A stretch of DNA of 63,774 nucleotides, filler included, from Rhizaria sp. SCN 62-66 (Eukaryota): assembly GCA_001724265.1 (NCBI GenBank). It is 2 parts of 2 records of this genome, joined end to end, with 100 filler letters (N's around TTAATTAATTAA, not from the genome) between each part and the next. Parts side by side here need not be neighbours in the genome. Positions count along the whole stretch, not along the records: positions 31,963 to 63,774 come from MEDY01000351.1; 1 more part is not named here. The stretch is one strand, 5' to 3'. The notes beneath the pieces are model-generated. The model worked only from the letters and a program-made list of their open reading frames with translations. It made no database searches and was not told where the DNA came from. Every line of letters starts with the position of its first letter. Position 1 is the stretch's first letter. Shown here piece by piece: positions 34,901 to 47,000 of this stretch. A program made the translations under genes and the position numbers.

Positions 34901-37900
34901 ACGCACAGCGGCAGCGAGTTCTGTGCGCGCGAGACTCAGGTGTTGGAACGAGGCCGTAAAAGGCAGACAGTAAGCTAGCATCACCACGTCGTCAGCATGC
35001 GGAAACGTAATTTGGAACGAGATGCTGTAGTAGTGAGGCGCGCTACCTCCATCTTCGTCGTCATCGCCGCCACCAGTGCCGTTGCTGTTGCTGCTGGTGT
35101 TGGCGGAGGAAGTAGTAGTCTTCTTGCGCGCAGAGGTCCGCTTGTCGCCACTTTTGTCCGCGTCCCCTGCGGTGGCACCAGTGCCAGACATTGGTGAACC
35201 CGAGGTCACAGGACTCAGCAACAGCGATGCAAGCGTGGTGCCGTTGCCAGTCGCAGCTGCCGCAGTCGCAGCCGCCTCAACCGCAGCGCCCGCGTCCGCC
35301 TCGCTCAAGGCTGGAGTGATGCTGTTGGTCACACCTGTGCTTGGGGTAGCAGTCGCAGATGCGGAGGAGACGGAAGCTGCAGCCCCTGCTTTTGACTTGC
35401 TGCCTAGGTAGTGCGGTTGCGAAGTTGAGGCGGCGCCGGTGCGGCGACGCGAATTTGACGATGTTGCAGCCGCCTTAGTCTTGCTGGACTTGGCACCCTT
35501 CTTGCCCCCAGCAACGCCGTTCTTCTTGGCAGCAGCGCGCGCCTTCTTGCTCTTAAGAGAGGCGTTGGTGTTGTTGTCAGGATCATGTTCGTCGCCGAGA
35601 CCTTCAAACGTGTCTTCTTCTTCCTCTTCTTGCTCCTCCGCGCCATCATCATCGTTTTCAATGTCGTCGCCCTCACCCTGTGCAGAGCCACCGTCGCCGT
35701 CATCATCGCCGTCGCGGTTACTATTGCTGTCCCGTACAGTCGCTGCAGCAGCGTCAGAGGCGGATTCAGACTCCGATTCAGGATCGTCGTCACTGGCACC
35801 ATCGTCATCATCGTCATCATCATCGTCGTCGTCATCGTATTCAAATTCGTCGTCATCCTCGTCATTGTCACCATCTTCGTCAATTCCAAGGTCAGACATT
35901 GCGTCTCCATCATCATCTTCGTCAACAACTTCGACAGCATCACCGTCGCCATCATCACTGTCATCACCGCCCAAATTGTCGACATCATCACCGTTATCGT
36001 CATTGTCGGCGTCACTGGCGTGCGCTGTGGGTGTGGCGTCACTAAAGCTCTTGACCGTGCTGCGTGATTGAGCAAAGTGCACGGGCTTGCTGTCGTTGGA
36101 CCGAGCTTGCTGCTGCATGTGTTGCGGCTTCGCACTATCGCGTGCGCGACGTGCCTGTCTGCCCGAAAATAAGGCGGAGTTACCAGAGGTAGTCGTTTCG
36201 CTTGTCGTGGTTGCGGGTACAGTAGCGCGGTGCATCTTACGCATCTTCTTCGCCTTTGCATACGCGTGCACGAGTCCGTCAAGTTGATGCTGCGCGCTGC
36301 AACCACCATGCGCGGCGACCATGCCAGCAACGAGTGCTGTGAGGCTTGCCTTAGTGCGTCCGCTGTTATTGCCGGCCACCCCATCCTCACCCGCACCGGG
36401 GCCGGTCGCGCTGCTCGTCGCACCGCTCTTGCTCTTGGTTGCAGTCAGGGCAGAACCGGCAGCAACTGCGGCGGCAGCGGCGGACTCGGCGCCTTCGACA
36501 CTCGGCCCGATTCCACGCGCAACGCGTGAAACAACGGCGGCGCGGCCAGCAGTTGCGGTAGATCCCCCGCGCGCGGGCGCGGCAGCGAGTTTGCCAGCGA
36601 GCGGCGGGCGGCGCCAGTTGCGCTGATACGCAACATCTTGCGCACAGTCTGCGCGGCGCCACCCAATGCCGCGGTCGTGATGGTCAGTGAGCGAGAAAAA
36701 AGCGGGACGCATGCCTTTGGCAAAGATCGAATCCTTCTTCTGCGCGTTGACAATATTGAACGTGTACGATACACCGGCGCGCATGCCCATCACGGCAAAA
36801 AGAAACCATTGCGTGTGCGCAGTGCTGTTCCCATCGCTGGGCAGGAGCAGGTCGTAGCTCCGCGGACCCGTCCGCACTGCGCGCCGCAGTGCACCGCTCT
36901 CAAACCGAGACTCAAACACAAGCGCAGGTTCCACACCAGCAGCAGTGCTAGAGTGACCGTGGGCACCGCTCCATGGTGAGGGAAGCAAGAACTCGTGTGC
37001 AGGTCGCGGCACAAACGCGCGCGAAGCACTGTGCGTAGCGGCAGCACTAGCGGTGACAGAGGAGACGGAGATTGCTGGCGCGGCGGAAGGGTGTGCGTGA
37101 CGGTTGCAGAGCGCGGGCCCAAGCTCAGCATCGAGCCAGTCTGGCACCACGATGTCAGCCACAACACCACCACCGCCTCTCCCATTGCCGTTGCCATGCA
37201 GAGATAATGATGTTACATTAGCGCCGCGTGCGCCTGGACCAACTACCTGCATCACAATCGGCGTTGTGAAACCGCCACCTCCCACTGCCGTTGTTTCTGT
37301 TGATGTAATCGCAGAGGAGGGCGCGGGAAGAAAGGCCGGCGGCGCGCGGCGCGCAGGGACACGATCAAAGACAACCTCGATCTCAGCAGCCGGAAAACGC
37401 AGCGGCAGAGCCAGCGCCGCAGACGGAAGCAGGGACAGAGGGTCGACACCTGGCAGGGCGACAGCATTGTAGCTGGACTCCACGGCATCACTGCTCGCAC
37501 TCGATGCTGTTGATGCCGCTGAAGAGGCAGCAGAAGCTGACAGAGTCGCGGAAGCAATTGCGCGCGCGGCAGCAGTCGCAAGCATCGTCTGTGTGGCCGC
37601 AGCGGTGGACAGTGCGCGGCGCGACAAAGACGCCCACAGTGGGCTGGCTGCATCTGTGGTCAGTTTATGAAGACTCGCCAGCGGCGGGGTCGAGCACAAA
37701 GGTTCCGGCAACATCAAAGACTCTGCGCCAGAGGTCGTCGTACTATTGCTGTCAATGTTTGTGTTGTTAAAACCGTTATGATTGCTGTTAGTATTGTCGT
37801 TACAAAAACTTGGGTCCCATAAACGACGATTCACGAGCACGCCGTAGCGGTCCGCACCGCCGGGCACATGCGCCCATGCACGAGGACGAAAAATAGGACG

Positions 37901-40900
37901 CATGTCTGGTGAAAGCCAGACAAGGCTGTCCGCGTCACCCGGCAGTGCGCCACGGCGGTCACACTCGTCGTCGTCGCTGTCACTCCCGCTGTCGCCGTAG
38001 CAGTGGCCTGCGTGCGTTTGGCGCAGTGAGGGCAGCACTGGCACCGGCACAACGCCCTCAGTCCCGTCGGCATTGCTGATGTTGCAGTTGTAGGCGCTGG
38101 TGCCCGCGCCAGCAACGGACTCAGGGCGCGCCAGCACACGCGGCAGCGCCACGGCGCGCGCGGGCCAGGGACCGCGGCACGCTCCGGACACCGTAGCGTC
38201 AACGCCACTGGCGGGAGATAGCGACAAACGCGTGCCTGCGGCAACCGTCACAGGCACTGGCAGAACGGGATCCGCAGTTGCGCCTGCGACTTTGGCGGTG
38301 CCAGTGCCAGAGGCGCGACCCGTGCCAGCACGCGCAAGTGCGCTGTTCGCGGTGGGGCGGGCAAGCCAGAGCTCGGGACAAAACTCGTTCAGGTTCCACA
38401 AGTCTTCAGCAGCGCGGCGCACCGCTGCGGCGCGGCTGCGCAGAAGCCCGCGCGTCGCATCATCCGCAGCAGCGGTAGCTGCAGTGCGGTCGGCGCGCGT
38501 GCCGCTGAATGCAGCACCGGCGGCCCAAAGCGGCGGCACAGCGGCGACTGCGGCTGCCGCTGCAGCAAGAGCAGCAGCGATCGGGTCAGCTGCGTTAGTA
38601 GAGCTCGACGCAGAGGCGGCGGCCGCGGCGTTGAGAGAAGCAGCGAGCACGACGGCAGCGTCTTCGGCGGCCTTGGCACCCTTGCGGGCAGCCTTCTTCC
38701 CCTTTCCTTTGCCTTTGTGCGCTTTGCCCGCTGTTCCTGTGGCTGTGGCAGACGATGGTGGCGGCGGCGGTGCGGGACTCGCATAGGCGCTCTTCCGTGC
38801 AGCCGTGCGCAAAATAGCAAGCGTTGCCTCCTCGTCAGCCTCCTGCGTTCCAGCCGCACCGCAGAGCAGCGCTGCACCAAATCGCGGTCGCTTGGGTGGG
38901 CCATCCGGTAGCCGCAGCAGACACTGCATCAACAACTGAGGGCCGATTGCCATCGACCCTGCTGTCGCGGCAGCAGCAACTGCTGTCTTGGCTTTGGCCT
39001 TGGCGGCGGCGCCGGTCCCTCCACAGCGCAGCCGAATAGCAAGGTGAGCTGCAGCCGCTGCAGTAACAGCGCCTCGCAACGCACGGACGCTCACCGTCGC
39101 GCCAGCCAGCGCCAAGGTTGCCGCGCCAGCGTGCACGAGCGCTGCACCAGACGGCGGCGCAACAGCAGCGGAGTTTGATGCAGCCGTTGGAGCCGCCAAA
39201 AGCGCGTCTAATGAGCCTCTAAACATACCAGAAGTCGCCCCATACGCGCTAGCGCTCGCAGTCGCGGTTGCAGGCGTCGTGGCACTGGACGCCACGGGCG
39301 TTGTGCTCGTGGCGGGAAGCGTGGAGACGTACGGGGAGAGAGCTGAGTCAACAATCGCAGTGCGAACGGCATCAAGCACAACACGATGGCTTTGCGCTGT
39401 AAAGGGGCCAAGAAACTCGCCAAGCTCGCGCGCGATAAAGACACCACCGCTACAGATTTGCTCACGCTCCGTGGCACTATCCATATTTGCGGTCGCGTTC
39501 AGCGGGGTCCACTGCTCGCGGCTGCTGCCTGCTATTCCTACCGCTGAGGCATCAGAGGGAGGAGCAGCTTCCGCCCAGCACCACATCTCGCCTGCATTGA
39601 CACCATCTGCCTCCCCGTCTTTCTTTTCGTGGCGTGCGCCACACTGAGCGCATACGTGTACATCAGTGCTTGCGAGGACAGGGCTAATACAATGGCACAC
39701 GCCACCGCGCCGGTAGGCGTTCCTGCGCACAAGCGCAAGATCGTTGTTCATGCTGACCTTATTGTTCGTGACACTTTCGTTGATGTTGCTAACAGAGACT
39801 GACTGGGGAATGACCGCGACAAACTGCGCCTCAAAGCCCGTCGCTTCTGCTCGCACGGAGATTCCAGCAGCGTCAGCGCCAGCGCGTGCGTCCAGACCGA
39901 GCGCGCGCTCCAGGCCTGTGCGCCTCCGGCGACCGTGCGAGCGGCTGTGCGCGTGCGCTTGAGCGGGGACGGTCGCATTCCCGTGCAGGCTGTTGCGGCA
40001 AAAGCCATGACGCGGAGCCACAGGGGCAATAACAGCTTCAGCTGCAGCAGCAACCGCAAGGCGCGCAAGTGCGGTGGCAGCAGTAAGCTGCCACGCAGTC
40101 TCAGAGTCCGCGCTGGTGTCACCGGGCGCGATGACAACCGCGCCGCTGGCGTTGCTCGCGGCGGACGCTGCAGTCTGCATCACCCAAGGCGCCAGTGCCT
40201 GGAGCTGCCACACCAGCAGACGCGCACGCTCCGCCGTTAGTTCCGCGATTTTCGCCGGCCCAACACTAGCGGTCGCAGAGTGCGGCGGCGCAAAGGCTGT
40301 GACAAACGCGGCGGGACCTGCCGGCACTGCGAGCGCAGCAGCAACATCCGGTGCAAGGAGGTGCCATAGCGCGCGGCCCATGCTCACACTCGCGACGCTC
40401 ACAGAGCCGGCATTTGCGGCAGACCCTGAGGCAGCAGCGGCGAGTGCGGCGGTGGCGGCCGAGACCCAAACGGAGCTGCGAGCCGCGGTGAGCGCCGCAA
40501 AGGCCTGCAGCGGCAGCGCGGGACCCAGTGACGGGTCCAGCGCCAGGCGCGCAAGCGGGTGCGCAACGGCCACGGCAGCGCTGACAGGGGTGGCGGGCGC
40601 AAGCGCAGCGGGCGCGGCGCGCGAGCGGCCCAGCTGCAAGAGCAGCAGCTGTGCTGGAGTGGCGACCGCTGCACTGGCAGACGCACTGGCTGGGCGCGGC
40701 GCGGGGCCGGCTGCGGGAACAGCAGGAAGACACAGTATTAACAGCGACGCCAGAGCCCCACGCTCACTCGCATTGGTGACCACAGCAGCTGCAGCAGAGC
40801 CCGGGGCCGCGGGCGCGATCGCAGCTGCGGCCGTTGCGGTGGCGATGGCGCGCGCATCCGCGGGCGAAAGGTCCTCAACGCGCGCGGCGTGCAGCGACCA

Positions 40901-43480
40901 AGCCACAGCAGCGGCAGCACGCGCGGCCGCGGAGCCCTGCGGAGCCGCCGCGCAGAGCAAGAGCAGCACGGCCTCCAGCGGCAACACCGCGCCAGTGCTG
41001 ATCGCAGGGCCAGCGGCGGCGACCACAGTGGAGTTCGCGCCAGAGGCGGTTGCAGCGAACACGAGCGGCGGTGCGGCGGCAAGCGCACGCGCGCCTTCGC
41101 TGTTTTGTGACAGCGTGCGCATCGCGCGCAGCAGCAGAAACACGACGGCGCCCGCTGCGGCACCCAAGCACGGTCCGCTGCCAGCAGTGGGGCGAGCGCC
41201 GAGAAGTCCAATGACGCGCGAGCCCGTCGCAGTGGTCGTCGCGGGGCGGGCTGAGAGCGAGGCTAATGTCGGCAACATGTCGCCATCTACAGTCGTCGGC
41301 GCGGTTGCGGGAGCAGTTGCGGCTGAGTCGGGAGCGCCAGTCCAAAGCAGTGCGAGCGGCACGCGGGAGCGTTGGGCCCCAGCAGAGACTGTGGTGCCAG
41401 CGACGAGCGCCTTCGCGATCGAGACCAGCAGCGGCAGCGCGCCCGCGGTAAGCGCAGTGCTCGCGCGGCGAGAGCACAGTCGTTCAAGCAAACTCAGCTG
41501 CAGCGGCAGCAGCGCCGCGCGTGCACGGGCTGCTGCAGGGCTTTCCGCCGGCGTCGACGAGGCAGATGCGCTAGCTGTGGCCACAGCAACCACAGAAGGC
41601 CCCGCGCCAGCGCCTACGCCCAAGCCCGTCGCATTGGCGGTGCTTTGCTGTGCGAGCCCCAGCGCGGGCCCAAAGTGGCCCTTGACGGCAGCGACGACCG
41701 CGGGTGCAGCGCCCAGCATCGCCAAGAAAGACAGTGCGCTGGCCGCGTGCGGCGACGGCGCGCTGCGAAGCCCGAGCTCCGCCAGCGTTGCAGCCGATGC
41801 GCCAGCACCCGCCACAGCGCCAGTCTCACCCGGCGCACCTTTGCCCGCGCCGCTTGCAGCGCGTGCTTTGCCCTTGCTTGTAATAGTGGGCGCAGGCGAG
41901 GGCTTGTCATCGGCGCCCTTGCCGCCGCCAGTGCTAAGCGTCAATCCACGCGACGCAGCGTCGGCAGTCTTCTTGGTGACAGCTATGCTGTTGCTGTCGC
42001 CGCCGTTGTCGCCAGGGTTGGCGTCTGCGTCTGCGTCTGCATCGTAGTCGTCGTCATCGTCGCCGCCTGCGCCCGCACCTGCGCCCCCCGCGTCGCCGTC
42101 GCCGTCGTTGCCGTAGTCGACATCGGCATCGGCGTCAGCGTCGGCATCGGCGTCTTCATCGTCGCCGCGCCGCCCCGTCGCGCTCACGGCGGCCGCAATC
42201 GCGCCCTGCACGGGGTCGCTCTTGCTCTTCCCAGCGGCGTTCGCACCGGACGCTGAGGTTGACGCCGATGCGGACACGGGGACGGGGACGGGGACGAGTC
42301 CGCCAGTGGCGCGCACGAGCACGGTGAGCACGCAACGCAGCGCGCGCACGGCCAGATTGCCGCCGCCGCCCAGCACTGCGGGCGCGCCACCGGGCAGTGC
42401 GGGCGCGACGGCCGGGGGCGCGTGGAAGGCCCCGACCGCGGCGGCAGCCGACGCGGCCGCGGTCGCGTGCGCCGCGGGCGTGGCGACGGCCAGCGGCGTG
42501 CGCGCCGAGGCTGCAATAACCGCGACAAGCGTGGGGAAGGCGCGCAGGCGGAGCAGCGTGGCGACGCGAGGGTAGGACTTAAGCAGCGTGAGCAGAAGTG
42601 CGAGCGCAGCCACTGGCGCCGCCGCCGCGCACGACACAGCAAGCGCGTGCGACGCTACAGCGGGCCCCGAGGCTGCGACGGCGGCTGCGGCGGTGGAATG
42701 CGCGGCTGTAAGCGTAAGCAGCGCGTATGCATGCGCGGGCGCCGTCGCGAGCGCCGCGAATCCCGCGGGCGTGGCAGCGGCGTCGGCGACGCGCGTCACG
42801 GCCGACAACAGACTTGGGCAGTCAGCCAGGCACCAGCCGAGCATGCGGCCGGGCGGGGGCGAGCCGGCCGCGGCGGTTGCAGCGATGGCGCCTGTGGGCG
42901 CGTCCTCCGCAGCGGCGAGCGCGCAGAGGGCGCGGAGCGCTGCAAAGGCCGCCACCGGGTGCGGCAGCGGACCTGACGCGCCGCCGGCAATAACGACTGT
43001 GCTGTTGCTGCTGCAAGCGGAGCCGCTGCCGAGAGCGCCGCGCGCGCCGCCGGCTGTAGACGGCGCTGCAGCTGCGGACGCGGCGGCGTTGGCGGAGGCG
43101 GAAGAGGCCGAGGCCGGTACGAGCACGGAGAGCGCGCGGTCGAAGCCTGCAGTGAGCGACGCGAGGTATGGGGGCACCGTGCCGCCGCCACGTCGCGGAC
43201 GCACGGGGGGCGACGCGGAAGCGGCAGCAGCTGCGGCGGCGCGGGCTGCGGCACGCGAGGATGTCGCGGACACAGAGCCGGGCGCAGCCGATCCTGCGCG
43301 CGCGACGTTACCAACGACGGAGGCGGGGTCTGGCAAGGATGTGAGCGCTGAGAGACCCTCTGTCACGACAGCGCGTGTGATCGAGTCAAAGCATGCAGTG
43401 AGCACAGTGGGGTCATTTGAAGACAGAAGCAGGTCGGGGATGTCCCCCAGGGCGCGGGGCACACCCCGGGAAGCGGACAT
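31963..43480 (-). CDS. Giant cytosolic carboxypeptidase (M14D; CCP1/AGTPBP1/Nna1-like tubulin deglutamylase), >3800 aa, 3' truncated at the junction
   Basis: Ordered motifs FESRFESG, YDLLL...HTQWFLF, YTFNIVN...KKDSIFAKGMRP, YYSISFQITF...LAYCLPFT, RVHPAE, FKIVPMLNPDGV, RCGLSGVDLNRHW, LDLHAHS and FTLEVT. First in-frame ATG is at 43480. Confidence 0.88.
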
Positions 43481-44025
43481 GACGCCGCGCACGCGGGAGG
43501 GACGAGAGCTGGAGGGGAGTAACGAAGGTGCTGAAAGAGTGGTGTCCTTCGAGTTGGTTTCTATGCAAGTCCAAGAGAGATTATTTAAAAATCATGCAAA
43601 TTAAAGGATTAGACGCCAAAAATGCAACCATTCAGCACGTTATCAGTCTATTATACTGAGAGCAGAGAGCAAGGCATCATGTGATAGAGCGTCAAGCGAC
43701 CCGATGCCCCCTGCCAACTCGGCTCACAAAATCGGTGATATAGAATGTTGGTGTCGAGAAATAGCGATATAATTAAAGTGATATCAAGAAAATAGAGTAT
43801 ATATTGCTAAAGCTAGGTAAGTTATAAGAATATCGGACACCAATACGCACTAGATGCGTTTGCGGTTTTCAGATCGCTCGAGTCAATGTGTCGGCTCGAG
43901 TATCTTGGTCACATGCAACCGCTGTCACATCCTCTTCAAATCCAAATTGAAGTCAAAAATAAACTCAATTTGAGAAGATGATACAAAATCGTATGTAAAA
44001 CACTTAACTATACATATTAATGAAC

Positions 44026-47000
44026 TCAAAGTCCGCGGTGATGATTACTATCTTCTTCTTGCTCTGGAAAGCACCACTGGTGCTGCTCATGACACTTCTT
44101 GTCACCTGCGTGCCCAGAGCTTTCCGGCGCTGCCATTAGTGCAGCAGCCATCACAGCGTCGGAGGCAGCCAAGGTACTCAATGTCATTGCTGTCGCAACC
44201 ACTGCAGAGCCGACCTGCGCGCCACTCACGCTTCGTGCATGGTCGTCACAGCCGTTGCTGTTGTTCAAGTTGTCTTCTTCGCTGCACCTGTCGCATTCGT
44301 CGTCAGCGTCAGACGCGGTGCCAAAAGCACAGTGCGATGTAGCAAAAGTGCCAGTCTCACCTGCAATGTTATTGTCGGCGCAGAGCTGGACTAACACCAC
44401 TGACTCGTCATCTTCTTGGTGACCGTGACTGCGGCCGTGCCCATCACTTTCACCGTGGCTCTGGTTGTGGCGGTGATGACCGCGGTGGCTACCATGCTGA
44501 TGACTGTGATGCTTGCTGCTGCTCCTGCCACGCATGCCTAGCGCCAGCGCTGCAGCGCGCCGCGTCTTGCGGTGCGGGAACACGGCGGCCACGAGCGCAC
44601 TGACTGCGGTGACAGCCGGCGCCGCGACTGGTTGCGACTGTGAACAAGCAAGACGCACAACGGGACGCAATGCACCAAGACCGACGCCCAGCCCGCCCGC
44701 GCCGGCAAAAAGCGCAGGTAACGTGACGGTGGCCACCGTGCCCGGGAATAGTGCGCGCGCAGACAGCTCGACGCGATTCACAGTTACACCAGCCGAATCG
44801 CCATTTTGACTGTCACTGGTGCTGGTGCGATCATATCTGTTGATGCCGTCGCCGCGCGTGTCGACCCTGATCACGGTCACAGCTGCGTGGGGCGCAGCGA
44901 GGCGCGCGCGGCCGGCGGCCAACAGGGCGGCGACGACGGCGCTGCCCCTGCCCCCGCGGCGCAGCGAGCATGGCAACACGGCGAGATTCGGCGCTGCGCC
45001 CGCAGATGTCAGCACGCGCGCGTGCAGCAACGGCCGCAAGCCGGACGTTGTTGCTGTCAGCGCGGGAGCGCTCCACATGTCGTTTGTTCGCGCTTGTATA
45101 GCAGTCGCTAAAGCGTGACTCACAGTCGTTGTCGCCGTCGCTGGCGCAGAAGAGGAAGAGACAGGCAGCAGCAGCCGCAGCCATGCTGCTACGGCTGCGG
45201 GCGCAAGGCCTGCGCCGATTAGCATCGTAGTCACGGACGCACGCGTCAGTGTCTCCGTGGCACGAGCTGCATGCGCCTTAGCGGCAGCACCTGCTGCTGA
45301 ACGCGCAGCGCCGGCGCCAAGACTGGCTGCTGCGCCGCTGCCATGGAAGGGCTGGTACGTGTCCCCATCTTCATCGTCGCCGTGCTCTCCAGTCGCACTG
45401 TTGCGCGCGGGCCGCACCCAGGCCGCGGGGGCGCAGGTCGCCCCGCGCAGCAGGCTCAGTGCGCGCGAGCGGCGCTGCTGGCTGAGCCCGCGGTTGCGTT
45501 GCAGCTTCGCCAGGTCACCCCAACTCGGGACTGGCCGGAGCCCGCGCGCGCGGCCGCCAGCGGTTGCTAAAGAGCCACGAGCGTGGCCGTTGTCATCGCC
45601 TGTACTCGCACTGTCAGTGCCTTCACCGTCGCTTTCACTGTCACTGCAGCTGTCACTGTCTGAACCGCTGTCTGAACCTGTATGCGTGCCCGCATTATCA
45701 CAGGCATTGCTATTGCGGTCGCCGTCATTCGCAAAAACAGGGCGTGAGTGCCAGTAGAGCCCTGGCACAGCCTGCAACGCAGCGCGACATGACCTGTCAG
45801 CGCTTGCGTCGGCACCCGCGATGACATTTGTGGGGGCAACAAAAGCTGCGGTAATAAGCAGCGGCAGCAGTGCCCGCCACCCAGCGCCAGCAACGGCCGC
45901 TGGGAGTCGCGGCGCAGCATGTGCACTGTCACGGTCACGCCTACGGTCGTGGGTACGATCACTTGTAAGTGCACAATGCGCAGCTGCGGGCGCGAGATGC
46001 ACGAAGGCTTTAGCATGCTGCCAATGGAGACTATCGTGACACGCACGGAGCAACCACGAGTGCGGTGCACTGCTGCTCTCACCGGTGTTCGCCTTTGTCC
46101 CCGTCTTCGCGGAGCTGGCGTTCGCGGTAGCAATCGACACCGCCGCATTGCAATCAAGTTGCACAGCTTGCACCAACGCAGCAGCGGCGGCAGGTCCAGC
46201 GGATGCGGTAACGGGCGTGGAAGGAACAGGAGCGGGCACGAGGCGCAAATAGTGCGGCACGTTGTTATCAGTCAAAGCAATCATTGCTGCAGTTGTAGTA
46301 CTAGAGACGGAAGCAGAAGCGTGACCCCGAAGCGCAAGCAGGGAAATCGGAGGTGGTGCGGGCAGCTGCAACAGCGTAGCAGTGGGCGCGGCGGCGGGCG
46401 GTGGCAGCGTGCGCGCAAACGCGTGGCCAACCGCGAGCATTGACGACGCGGTCACCAACGCCGTGACGTCCACGGTTGCACTCGTCGCGGGTGCCGCCGC
46501 AGAAGCAGTAGCAGTTGTCGCGGCGCTATCGGACTCGCTTTTCGCGGCTCTCGCACGCGCCGACGATGACGAAACAGGCGTGCGCGGACACAAGAAGGGG
46601 AAAAGCGTGTGCTGCGCAAGGCGTGCTAAGTGCACCACGGGAACAGTGCAGAGTGGTGGGAACGGGTCCGAGAGCGAGAAGGCAGCTTCAGCGCTCGCTG
46701 CCGCTGCAGGCAACATCGCTGACGGATGTAGCACTACTGTCGGCGTCGGTGGTGACACAGGTGTTGCCATTGCAGCTGCAGAGTGACCATGAGGAGCTGC
46801 GGGTGGTGGGACCAAGTCATGCAGATTAGCTGCGATGAGAGGCGTATGCAATCCAAGCGCAGCCTCGAGATCGCGCTGCGTGTACACTGCGCCGCCCAAA
46901 ATAAGGGCAAGCCGGCGTGACAAACGCTGCGGGCCACTTGCACCGAAGTTCATGTCAGAAGCAAGAGCGGCATTGGTCTTTTGAGGACAGGCGTGGCACA

